From positions 186,001 through 250,000 of the forward strand of contig JAAOMT010000040.1 in NCBI GenBank assembly GCA_016748015.1: a stretch of 64,000 nt of DNA. Reading direction: 5' to 3'. This DNA comes from Geosiphon pyriformis uo1 (Eukaryota; Fungi; Glomeromycota). The notes under the pieces are model-generated. The model did no database searches. It was not told where the DNA came from and saw only the letters and a list, made by a program, of their open reading frames with translations. Below, in pieces: positions 50,501-62,564 of the stretch (the first letter of the stretch is position 1; each line of letters begins with the position of its first letter). A program made the translations under genes and the position numbers.

Positions 50501-53010
50501 AGAAAAAGTCAAAAGAGGAACACTTTTCAATGCTGCTTACAACAGCACCTTTAACAAACTATACCATTACTTTCACAATGCCAAAATGATTTTCGATTTA
50601 GCAATGGCTTTAATTAACAGAGCCACTCAAGAAAATGTTCGTTAAATGAAAGAATCAGAATACATTACATACACTTTTGAAATCGCTGAATACAACTACG
50701 AAGATGAAGTAGAAGTCTATTACCAAATTGCCAGTCACACCTACCTGACCAAAGAAGCTCAAGCTCAATGGCTAGAGCAAATGAACATTAAATTATGTGA
50801 GGAAGGCATAATGCCTTGTGATGAACAATGGTGTTCTGAATGTTATGCTTTTAGCATTCCTTTGCCCAGCAAAAGTGATGAATACAAAATTGAATTTGGA
50901 GAACCTGAAACAACAGAAAAAATAGAAGCCACACCCATCTATCTTATTGAAAATCAGCCTGCTTTACAACTCAAATACTTCAACAACAATGGACAAGGAA
51001 TAAAGCCTGAAAAAGCCCACAAAATTAATGCTGAATACGATCTAAGATATCCAGGAAAAGATATCTTTACTCTCAAACCTAAATCACACACAAAAATCAA
51101 CTTCAAAATTGTCCTCGAAATTCCACTAGAAGCAATGGTCCAAATTGCTTCATGGTTATCATTGGTGAGCAAAAAAATTAATGTTAGAGAAGAAATTATA
51201 GATGCGGGATATACAGGAGACATTACAATCATGTTACAAAATGAAACCAATAAACCTTTTTAGATTGAACATACTAAAAAAATTGCTCAAGCTATTTATT
51301 TATTCTTAATCAACATTTTGGGTTTACAATTAGTCAGTCAAAGAGAACAATTGGGAAAAAGTGAAAGAGGAACCAAAGATTTTGGTTCAACTGAATAATT
51401 CACAGTTCCAGTAAACATAGCTCTTAACAAACAAAATGAATCTCACCAGATTCTACAACTTCTACAATCAATTACTATTTCACTTTTTAGAGAACATCTG
51501 GAAATCTACATCTGCCCAAAGCCAACAACCACACAACAAATTTTTGAATCCAACAAACAAGTCTACTTGGAACATAATATTTCGATTCCAAATATTTATA
51601 TTCCAGAAAAAACAAAAAAAGTCTGAGTTACTTTTTACAATCTCAACAATTATCCCATAGTTTTATTAAATAACTTAGAAATTGAAGTCATTCACAGTAA
51701 CATTTTTCAACAAGAACTATCCCAAACAGTTTCTAATTTCTCAGAAATTATTGGACATTTACTACCAAAAATCAACCCAAACCCCAGCTCTAAAAACTAC
51801 TATGTTGTCATGGAAAAACTATTTCAAATCAACAAGGGACAACTTGAATCACAACAACAGAACCAGCTCAAAGAGCTAATTGTAGAATTTGCTGATATCT
51901 TTGCCAAAAACAACAATGACTTAGGAAGAACCAATTTGGTTCAACACCAAATCTATACAGGAGATGCCAAACCAAGATGACAACAAACCTACCGAGTTGC
52001 TCCAGAAAGCCACCAATTTATCCAAAAAGAAGTACAACGGATGCTTAACAATAGGCTTATTCAATCATCAATGAGTCCATGAGCCTTACTTGTGGTCCTA
52101 GTTAAAAAGAAAAATGGAAAGATACAATTTTGTGTTGATTATCAACAACTCAACAGTGTCACTATTGGAAATACCTACCCTCTTCCCCAAATTGATGACA
52201 TGTTGGATGCCCTTGGAAAGTCCAAATACTTTTCAACATTAGATTTAGAGAGCAAATACTGGCAAGTTGCCATAGATTCCAAAAATCACTTCAAAACAGC
52301 ATTCATCACTCAAGGAGGAAATTACAAGTTCAATGTAATGCCTTTTGGATTATGCAATATACCAGCAACATTCCAAAGACTCATAGATGTTGTTTACAAA
52401 AACCTCCTTTGGAAATCAGTAGTTGTTTATTTCGATGATACTGATGTTTATTCATCATCTTTTGAATTACACTTAAAACACCTGCGAGAAGTTTTTCAAC
52501 AATTATGAAAAGCAGGATTGAAACTGAACATCAAAAAATTTTACTTTGGAAAAATGAGTTTGGCCTTTCTTGGCCATATTGTGAGCAAAAATGGAATTAA
52601 ACCAGACCCCAAAAAAATCAGCACTGTCAAGAACTTCAAGACTCCATGAAATACCACAGAATTGAGAGGATTTATTGAATTAGCTTTCTATTACTGAAAA
52701 TTCATCAAAGGATTCTCAGAAATCACAAAACTTTTCAACCAGCTTACTACTAAAAACATTAAATACAAATGAATGGAAAAACACCAAAAAGCTTTTGAAA
52801 TTCTCAAGGAAAAGCTGACAACAGCTCTAATTCTCACCTACTCAGACTTTAGTAACCAATTTTGACTAGCTACAGACGCTTCTTATACTGCCTTTGGTGC
52901 CATCTTATCACAATTAGATGACAATGGAAATGAGCAAGTAATCGCTTATGCTAGTAGAACATTAAAACCAGCTGAGAAAAACTACCCTGTCACAGAATTA
53001 GAAACAACAA
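47592..53010 (+). pseudogene. Element E gag-PR-Cys-rich-dUTPase-RT-partial RNaseH
   Basis: CHYCGIPGHWKQDC, LILDSRS, IIDAGYTGDI, RT YFDD, RH TDAS..FGAILSQ. Confidence 0.92.
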
Positions 53011-53256
53011 CTGGACCTACAAACAGCCACTATAAACTAAGAGCTGCTTTTAGACTTTATGACCTATTTTACACCTGTAAAAATGTCCTACAAAACTCAA
53101 TTTTACTATCTTTGAAAATTCAATACATTGGAAAGCTTACAGAACTGAAATTTTAACAATTTTCAAACCAAATTTCTTCAATAATTTTGGATTATTATCT
53201 GGAAATTACAGACAGTACTTGGACTTTAACAGAGCTCAGTCTTGAGGAGGAAGTTA

Positions 53257-54235
53257 TGTTACCAGACAAAATTAGAGATATTATTTAGCATGAAATTATC
53301 TTTATAATTTCTATCATTAATTAACATATATTATCATTCAAATTATCACTTATTACATTAGCAAAATATCCGAAATTATTATTTAATTAATAACCTAATT
53401 TGTACAAAACACAAATGTGACTTAATTATGATGATCAATCATGCAATACCCTGAACCATGTAACATTCAAAAAGTTCATCGAAATTTGTAGAAATTTGCC
53501 GAAATAATTGATAGTTTACTGAAATATCTAATAGTTTGCAGAAATAACTTGTAGTTTGCCAAAATGTATCTGTAGTTCAGCAAAATTATAGAAAATAGCA
53601 AAGTTCAAGTTTATAAAATAGTGTTATGACAAGTTGTATAAAAGAAGAGCTTCTCTTTTCGAAAAAATGTATCTTACTTTAGATTTATTACTTAGAACCA
53701 TTCCTACACACACAAAAAGAAATAAATATCAAATAATTCGAAAAACCAAATTTTTTAATTATTGCACTTGGAAAATCTTCAAAAACCCAACTAACATTTT
53801 GAAATTGATTAGCTACCAATTTCAGTAAACTGTTAGTGACTCCAGGCCTAAATAGAAAACGTTTCCTTTGATAAAATCCCATTTCTTTTACATTTTTTTT
53901 ATTTTTTTTATTTTTCTTATTACAATCATTAGGGTAGTCTACAGACAAGATTTCTGTAGAAGAGTTGACTTTCACAGCAAAGTAACTACACATTTTTAGT
54001 AAGCTTCCAGATAAGCAATTCCTGGGAAAGAGTTGATGTTTACTACAATGTAACTACATAAAATAACTGGCACGGAATTGGCCATTCCACTCATAAGCCC
54101 AGCAGTTTAAATTATAGGAGATAATTTAAAGATAAATTCAGTTATTAGAGGTTCAACTACTTCCTGGAAACATGAATTCACAGCAAACCAACATTAACAA
54201 CATTCAAGAAAAGAGACCAAAAATCTCCAGTAACA
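53257..54235 (+). repeat. 3' LTR of element E
   Basis: Direct repeat of 46613-47591. Confidence 0.93.
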
Positions 54236-57200
54236 ACATTGACACATCTGGCTATAAACTTGGTGCTGTCTTTTTACAGAAAGATTAAAATAGCAGAGAA
54301 CATGCCATAGCATATGCCAGTAGATTCCTAACACCAGCAAAAAAGAACTATTCAGTTACCAAACAAGAATATCTAGCAGTAGTTTGGACTACTAGCTACT
54401 GAAATCAATATCTTCTTGGTGCAAAATTCTTAGTGGTAACAGATCATCAAGCCTTGGTTTGGCTGTGCAATAAAAAAAAGCTAGAATACAAATAAATAAC
54501 TCATTGGATACTCCACTTGAATAAATTCGACTATAATATTCAACACCACAAAGAAGCAAATCATTAAAATGCTGATGCTCTTTCTAGACTTACCATCTAG
54601 TAATAGTACAACCCCTCAAACCAAACCAACTTAATTATTAATAACTTCTTTACAAACAAACACAATAATGAGAAAATTGGTGAAGAAAGTTTTTATGTTA
54701 ACAACATTTGACGAAAATTTTGTTTTTACCGAACAGATTTGGACAATTATTCTGCCTTAATGAAATTTTTGGGTAAAAAACAATATCCATCAGAATACAC
54801 TTGACAGCAAAGAAAACATTTGCACAAACAATTAAATTTCTATTTGATCCACCAGAACCAATTATATAAAAAAAACAGAAAAGATTCTGACCACCTCCAA
54901 AGAATTATCAGATTTAAAGAAAAAGAAATTGTAATATACAACATGCACACTAACCCATTAGCTAAACACTTTGGAAAAACAAAAACAATTCAGAAAACTT
55001 TAGCTCACTATTATTGGCCTATCTTGGGAAAGAACATTGCTGAATACATCAAAATCTGTGATATCTGCCAAAAAAAAGGCAAATCCAATCGCAAAGAAGA
55101 TATCCATCCAATCTCTGTTGGTCAACCATTTGACAGAATTGGTATAGATATTGTGAGACTTTTAACAATAACTCTTGATGGCAACAGATATATTATTACA
55201 GCTATTAACTATCTTACAAAGTGGGTAGAAGCAAGAGTTACCTCAAACCAAACAGCAGTCTCAATAGCCAATTTCATTTATGAAGATATCATCTGCCATT
55301 ATGGCTGCCCCAAAAAACTTTTATTTGATAGAAGAAGAGTTTTTCTCAGTACACCGGTTGAAGAACTTTGTAGAAAAATGGAAATATGTTATAAACTTTC
55401 CTCCCTTTATTATCTCCAAACAAATGGCCTAGTAAAATGTTTTAATAGAACACTATGTAAAACTCTAGTCAAAACCAGTGAAGAAACAAACTTATAAGAC
55501 AAAATACTGCCTTCAGCTTTGTTTGTTTATAGAACTGTAAATTATAACATAATAAGTTATGAACCTTTTTATCTGCTCTATAGATGTATGGCAACACTAC
55601 CAATAGAAACTAATATTAAAACAATACCCTTTGAAGAAATCACAATAGAAAAATACAAAGACATTTTGCAAAGAAGACTTGGTACTATTCTTGACTCCTT
55701 GGTAGAAGCACAAATAATTGCTTTTGAAAAGATAAAACAGTTTCAAGAAAAGCTTAAGAAAAAAAAAACTTATAAAACACTTTCTTTAAGTGTTGGTGAC
55801 TTAGTACTAAAATATCGTTCTAACAGAAACAATGTTTATGGTGATAAATTCTCTAGTTGATGAAAAGAACCCTTATAGTCAACAAAATTTTGAACAATGG
55901 TTCTTATATTTTTCAAGATCAATCCAGAACAATCCTTCAATAATTATTCTGTTCATAGTACACAACTCAAAAAATATCATAAATGATCTGATTGGCTGTC
56001 TGTTGTGGTAATACTGACTCAAATGATCAGCAAAAATCAAGTATAAATAAATGCACTATTCCCAAAACAAAAGTATCTTCAATTAACATGAACAATTATT
56101 TTCTGAATCAAAACATTCAAAACATCTTCTATACTCTCCATGAGTATTGGATCAAAAACTATTCAAATGTTATTCTGACTATTGGAAAACAAATCACCAT
56201 AACTAATAACAATGGAACATATACTATTATTAGACCAAAGAAAACTACTACCAGAAAAGAAAAAATTAGTAGTAAAATGGATAAATATCTGTTGGAAAGT
56301 ATAATAGCAGCTATACTTCTACCTTCCAATACAATTGGAAAAACACTTCAAAAAATCTTACCTATAGATAAAAACTTGTCATATAAAAGGCAATTAGAAC
56401 TCTATGGTCACCTTGGTAAAATTATAAAGGATATGAAATTCATGAAGAAAACAACTTCAGAGATACAGACCAAAATTTTGGGCATTATACAGTTAGATGT
56501 CTTAAGAGTTTTAACTATTGCTAAAAGAGCCAAAACTCTAATACAAAGATTTGGGCTCTTAGATATAAAACTCATTTCGCCTCAAGTATTATATACCTTA
56601 TTCACAAAAGACTTCAACAAATTAATTAGTTTTGAGTTAGATAAAACTTTTTAATTAGATTATTCCATGAATAGCTTGATTTTGCCAGAGCTTAATCTCT
56701 TTGGAGAGAATGATATTATGGTTGAAACTTATACTTTTTATTAATTATCACATGTATTAGCCACTGATATCATATAAATTAGCCACTCTATTTTTAGAAA
56801 GTAATCATTGACCTGATCATTGACTACTTTTAATAGCTTTATAAGTGATGAATCTCTCAGTTATAGAAAAGTATGTAGAAATTAAGGAAATCAAATAAAT
56901 AAAATAACAACTTTCATCTCAATCATTCTCTTATTACTAAAATTTCCTTTCCCTACCTTTAAGTATCTGAACATCTTGGGATAAAAGATTACTTGTTGGT
57001 TATTCTTTACCCTTTTCCTGAAACATATATGTGTAGCATTTAAAGATTATTGAATAAAACATGATTGAAGAACACATCTGATACTTGATATTGAATTTTA
57101 AGAGTGCTAACATAAGGCATAAAATTATACCAAGTGTGATTATTTGTTGACAGTATGAACTATCTCTCTACCTTCAAATTCTCCAGTTATCTTTGAAAAG

Positions 57201-57356
57201 TATAGCGACTAAGATATTTTATAAGACTGATCTTGCACATTGAATCCATACTTATTCAATTCACTCTTTGAAATTGAAATTCTTTTGATTCTTTTCATCA
57301 CCCTACAATCCTGTTTTCTCTTGTTATCTATTAGCTTGTTACTTCAACCTATAACA
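54236..57356 (+). mobile_element. Element F: 3' half of a distinct Gypsy family (RNaseH, integrase, ORF3, 3' LTR 56714-57356)
   Basis: RH (DTSG..LGAV, AYASR, VTDHQAL, NADALSR), IN (MHTNPLAKHFG..CDIC, GIDIV, QTNGLV), PPT GGAGAGAATGA. LTR termini TATTATGGTTGAA / TTCAACCTATAACA form an inverted repeat. Confidence 0.85.
56088..56654 (+). CDS. Element F ORF3 (divergent homolog of D ORF3)
   Basis: Open frame between IN and the PPT: QNIQNIF..L, YGHLGKII, IAKRA..L...FG, ISP..LY.L...DF.KLI. Confidence 0.65.
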   Translation: MNNYFLNQNIQNIFYTLHEYWIKNYSNVILTIGKQITITNNNGTYTIIRPKKTTTRKEKISSKMDKYLLESIIAAILLPSNTIGKTLQKILPIDKNLSYKRQLELYGHLGKIIKDMKFMKKTTSEIQTKILGIIQLDVLRVLTIAKRAKTLIQRFGLLDIKLISPQVLYTLFTKDFNKLISFELDKTF

Positions 57357-58413
57357 TTAAAACTAATACAATAGCAAATAAAACTGCTTACTTTCTTTTT
57401 TTTTGCCAACTGGGGTTTAGGAATAATTTATAATAATTAAAAAGATAACTATATCTGGCAATATTTATTATTTTGTTTGTAATTTGGACAGGTTTATTTG
57501 TTGTGTTAGATAAGAGACCAGTCTTGATTATAATGTGATTCTAAGTGTACTAATTAAAGAAATAGATTAGTTGGCTATTGCAAAGATCTAACATTCTAAT
57601 TCACATATTTTTTCTGAATTTACTAGTAAAAAATCTGCAAATTAGCACACATACTTAATAAAACAGTACACAGATGGCTATTGGTAATAGTTAGAAAGAG
57701 ATTATATAATAAGACATATTCTGGCATATTGTATTTGCTGTGTAGAAAAATAAAGTTGTTTAATTATGTTTTATTTGTGCTGAAAATAATAGTATTTGAG
57801 AGAAAATTTTAAAAGAAGCTTCTATAAAGTAAATATTATTGGCAAGTGTTCAATATTTATTTTTCTCTGCTGTTTTGTAAACATTTTTTCAGTATTTTTC
57901 AAATATGAGTCTATACATGACAATTTGCAAGAAATTTGTGCTAAAAAACTGGTATGTTGAGACTGTTATAATTTTTGATAGAAGAATAAAAACTGCTTTT
58001 ATTTTTGTTAAATATATGAGACATTTTGGTAAAATTATATTGTATTAAGATTTAACTTATAAGATCTAAATATAGAGTAGACATAAAAAAAGCTAAATTG
58101 GTTAGGGATAATAGTTTGGTTTCAGGTTTATCTTGTTGTATAGTGTTTATGTTATTAGATAGAATAATTTAGTTGTTTAGTATAGTAGAATTTTTTGTAG
58201 TTAGTTTTAGTAGATGCAAACTGTGTCCTTTTTTTTCTGGTTTGGATGAGAATATATGTGTTAATATAAACATTTAGTGTTGCTTTGTCTAATCCAAATG
58301 GTTAGTTACATGTAGTAAAAGCATAAACTGTATTTAGTTTAAGCTACTTAGTTTGGTTTTATATACTAAATAATAGTTGAACTTTATTTGTTAAAATATT
58401 AATTAAAAAAAAA
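57357..58413 (+). mobile_element. Decayed LINE ORF2 C-terminus, 3' UTR and short A-tail
   Basis: Eroded CCHC-like segment near 57730, coding-like run LYMTICKKFVLKNWYVE, A-run at ~58405-58413. Confidence 0.5.
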
Positions 58414-58700
58414 TGGTTCTTAATTATAGTTATTAATAAAAATTTTATTTTTATTTTACTTAAATTTTTTTTGTTTGTTTTGTATTTAATAATTAATTAA
58501 TTAAAAAAGTATTAAAATTATAACATTAAAGATTACTTAATAAAAAACATTAAAAAATAATATAGAATATAGTTAAGCAAATTAAGATTACTTACTAAAA
58601 GAGTAAAAACTATTAAAATAAACTGGTTATTATATCAAAAAAATTAGATACTAAGTATTATTATTATAATATTAAATTTTATTCATTATATAAAAAACTT
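58412..58700 (+). repeat. Highly decayed family-A-like LTR fragment (R/U5 part)
   Basis: Matches such as TCTTAATTATAGTTATTAA and AATAAACTGGTTATTAT are collinear with the A LTR at ~9820-10050. Confidence 0.5.
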
Positions 58701-58802
58701 AATTACCAAAATTTTTAGAAATTTTTAAATTAAAAAATTAATTAACTTTAATTATCAAATTATAAAAAATTCAAGAAATTTAGAAATTATTTTTAATACT
58801 GT

Positions 58803-60705
58803 TGTTACTCATAGAAAAAAGTACAAGAAAAAAAATAGAAAAAATAAACCAATAAGAGAATAATACTTAGTAAGTAAACACAATATCAAAAAATTATGAC
58901 ATATTGTTCAACAATATATATATTATTAATGAATTATAGCATATTATTTAGCAATGAACATATTATCAGAAAATTATGGCATATTGCTTAGCAATAATCA
59001 CATTGTCAAAAAAAATAAAACACATTGTTCAAGAAAATATAAAATCTTATATAACAAGAATTATGTATATATAGTGAAAGTATTAGAAACAGAAAAAACA
59101 GATTTAATTAGAAAAATTCATTACAATCTATTAATTATTCAATACTCTTCTTTTCAAAAGATAGTTTTCTACAACTTGAAATGAAATCAAACCACATATT
59201 AATAAAATGTTAAATTATTATTTAAATCCATATTGATAGAATTCAAGACTTAATTACATTGAACCAATAGCTCTTGATTATAACTATTAACAAAATATTA
59301 ATTTCTTATTTTTTTTTTATTTTTTTTTATTTTTTTTGTTTTATTTTTTTGTTGTTTATTAATTGATTAAAAAAATTAAATACTAAATATTTGATATCAA
59401 AGATAGCTTAATAAAAAACTTAAGAACAAGGGTAAAAATTTAAAAATAGCTTATCAAAAGGGTATGACTACCAGAATAAACTGGTTATTATGCTGAAAAA
59501 AGAAATTTACAAAAGAAATTATCAATTAAATCTCTGTTTATTATACAAAAAACTTAACCAAAATCTTTAAAAATTACCAACATTACCAGCTATTGAGCAC
59601 CAAGTTATGGATTTGTTATTTGTTTCAACATTCCAAATAATTACTTGTAACATTTGGTGCTTTCTGTAAGGTATAATCCAACAGAAAACCAGTACTAATA
59701 TTAATTATCCAGAAAAGTGGCAAACCAAAAAATCATAGGAGAAAATTATTTAAGATTCACAAAATTTTTATTTTAACACTATCAAATTTATCTGAAACTA
59801 ACAAGTAGTTATTGACCAGCAAAATCAGTTTTCAATTACTACATCAACAAAAAAATTAAATCCCACTTGAAAAACCAAAGAAATTCAGAAACTGCTTTCA
59901 ATAATTTCTATAGTGAATTATTTTAAAGCACCATATTTTCACTAAACTATTTGTTTGCATCACTAATTATGAAAAGAAACAAAAAAATTAAAAAATACAT
60001 CCAACAAAGATTTTTTATTATCTTTGCAAACAGAGAAAAATTACAAACATTAGCAAAAACCTCAAGAAAAATACAACCATCTAATTAAAAAAAACCAAGA
60101 ATTATTTTACTTATTCATTTATCATATTACCATATATTAGGAAATACTATACATATATCATTAGAATTTGTATTACCATCTACTGCAAAAACACCACTAC
60201 TCAAAATACTGTTTTAAAATAATTAGAAAAAAGCCAAATTATTAGAAACTTATGGCAATTACTTTAAAAAATTTAGATTATAACTAACAATATCATCAGA
60301 ACTTTAATTACTATTACTTCAACCAAATTTCGGATCTACCAGTCATTGAAAAATACCAATTTAGAAGAAAAAAAAGACAGTAATCAAGAAAATAATAACC
60401 AAAACCTGATTTTAAATAACCCAAAAATACAAATTCTGATTGTTCTAATTCCAAAAAACCTGAACAATCTAAATTCTGCTTCTATTATTTAGCAAAATCT
60501 ATCTTTAATAATTGTGATTGATCTACCAATTGTACTAATTGTTCTATTATAATAATAGTTTCAACAACAATTTTAACAAAAATAATTAGTACTAATAGCA
60601 TATATACTTATTACTAAACTCAAAAAATTTACTGACAAAGAGAATAATACTCAAGTATAGTTAAACAATATAGTTAAAGCAATTACAGCCAATAACTAAG
60701 ATAAT
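58803..60705 (+). mobile_element. Element H: 5' LTR (58803-59652), PBS and truncated gag of a family-A-related element
   Basis: TGTTACTCATAGAAA...GTAACA, PBS TTTGGTGCTTTC; gag collinear with A 10250-11290. Confidence 0.85.
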
Positions 60706-61590
60706 AAATCTTTAATGTATTTAAAACCATGTTGTTATGAGTAAACTTGGTGGGTATGGGAAATGATAATGTTTGGTGCTCTCAATTATTGATGATGTGT
60801 CTTCCACGTAATTCTGTTGGCTTAGTCTTAATTATCAGTCTCTGAAGGTCTATTCCTGGATGTGAATTTTACCCATTGAGTTTTTTGGTTATAAGGCACA
60901 GAGTTTGTCTTTTGTCAATTGCAATGTTTTTCGTAAATATGAGTTTTTTTCTCCGAGCTAACGAGTGCAGTCGTTAGGGTCTGGTGTTGTCTTTTCACTC
61001 TTCTGGTAAGCTAATAAGATAATGTTAATATCCAAAACTTAGGAAGAGCTTCCCTTTTTTACCAGGCTATCACGAAGTCTATTCCCAAACAGTCAATTTT
61101 ACTATGTTGCCGCTCCACAAAAAATTAAGACAGAAAAAGAAAGAAAAAGAAAAAGAAAAGAAAAGAAAAGAGAGAAAAGATAAATTAGTATTGTCAATCG
61201 CCGTGATTAAGAGTGATTGGTCCAAATTGTTAATAGGTTCGAGGCAGTTATGCTAAGAGCATCTGTTCTAGAACGGAGGTACAAAACAAGGGTTAATTCA
61301 CGTAAATTTCACGAAGTTTGAGAACATGAATTCGCAATTCTGATTTCTTTTAATAATTGATTTATTTCAGAAGATGAAATAGGAAAGATAATAAAGGATG
61401 AAGGGGTATGGATATTTTAATTTTTGGTTTAGAGGTTCGTATCTATTTTTTCTTCTTTGTCTTTTCTTACTTCTACAACTACTTGCTTTTATACATTTTT
61501 TTGGTTTTACAGAATTACTTTCAATTGTCTCACTATTGCTAACTATTGTTTTGTTGTTTCTGTTATTGCTTCGTTTTCTATGTTATTGTT

Positions 61591-61760
61591 AGTTATCCTA
61601 TGTTATAACACGTTATCTGACATTATTACATGTTATTCTGTGTTATAACACGTTATCCTACATTATTGCACGCTATTCTGTGTTATCCTGCATTATAACA
61701 TGTTATCCAATGTTATAACGCGTTATCCAACATTATTGCGTGTTATTCTGTGTTATGTCA
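61591..61760. repeat. 17 x 10-bp tandem array (YRTTATnnnn) in the U3 of G
   Basis: Exact 10-nt period; units begin TGTTAT, CGTTAT or CATTAT, with partial 40-bp higher-order repeats. Confidence 0.9.
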
Positions 61761-61815
61761 CATTTTTGGTCACATTTTTTCATAACTTTAAATCAGTTTT
61801 TCTACTCGGATAATA

Positions 61816-62564
61816 TTATCCCTCTCTTTTTAAAATTGAGCTCTTGCAAAACCATATGTATCTGTTATCGTGGCTTTATTCATGTAATATTCGATTGTTG
61901 CCTTGAGTATTGCCTTTTGTAGGTCTTTGAACTGTTAATTGGTTATTTGTTCTATGCTGTTAACCATTATGGTTTTCATAGATCTGTTCAGTAGTACGTT
62001 TGGACAATGTTGGAAGACAGCGTATAGTCAGTATGCTGCTTTGTAATGTAGGGTCAGATTGTTTTTCCTTATGAATTTTTCTACTTGTTGTATTGCTTTT
62101 TTGTTGAATTTTTTCTGGCTGAGGTCTTTGTATGGTGTTTTCAAGTCAAGCTGTTCTTCAATTTTGTAGAACCAATAAGCTGGAGGAAGTCTTTCTTTCT
62201 ATTCCTGGGCATTGTCAGGTGTCCACTTCCCTGTTTCGGGGAGTTCAGTCCCACGAGCTAAAGCTTGTTTTATTTCTTCGAGCTTGGGGACCAAGTATCT
62301 TCTTTTGTAACCTTTTTCTCGTTCTTTGCCTCCTTCTTTTCCACCCCCCGCCCGAAGGCAATTTTTCCTATCACATTGCCTTTCAGGTGGTGAGTAGGGA
62401 AGGAAATGTTTAGTTCTAATTGAACTCTCATCCTCTCCTCTCCTGCTCTTATCTTTGTACCATATCTCTTTTTTATTAATTGTTATTTTTATTTGAGATG
62501 TCAATTTTTGAATTGTTTCAAATAATTGTTTAGATAATTTTAAAATTTGATCTGAAAGGTCCAT
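61816..62564 (-). pseudogene. Element G ORF3
   Basis: MDLSDQILKLSKQLFETIQKLTSQIKITINKK; YWFYKIE(G)EQL; KAAY-LYAVFQHCPNVL; QITN-QFKDLQ. Confidence 0.75.

Larger units (their letters stand above)
46613..54235 (+). mobile_element. Element E: internally deleted Gypsy element of the C/D/E family, lacking integrase
   Basis: LTRs 46613-47591 and 53257-54235, PBS TTTGGTGCTCTC, PPT GAGGAGGAAGTTA. RNaseH joins the ORF3 C-terminus at ~53005. Flanks TTGG/ACAT do not match. Confidence 0.92.
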
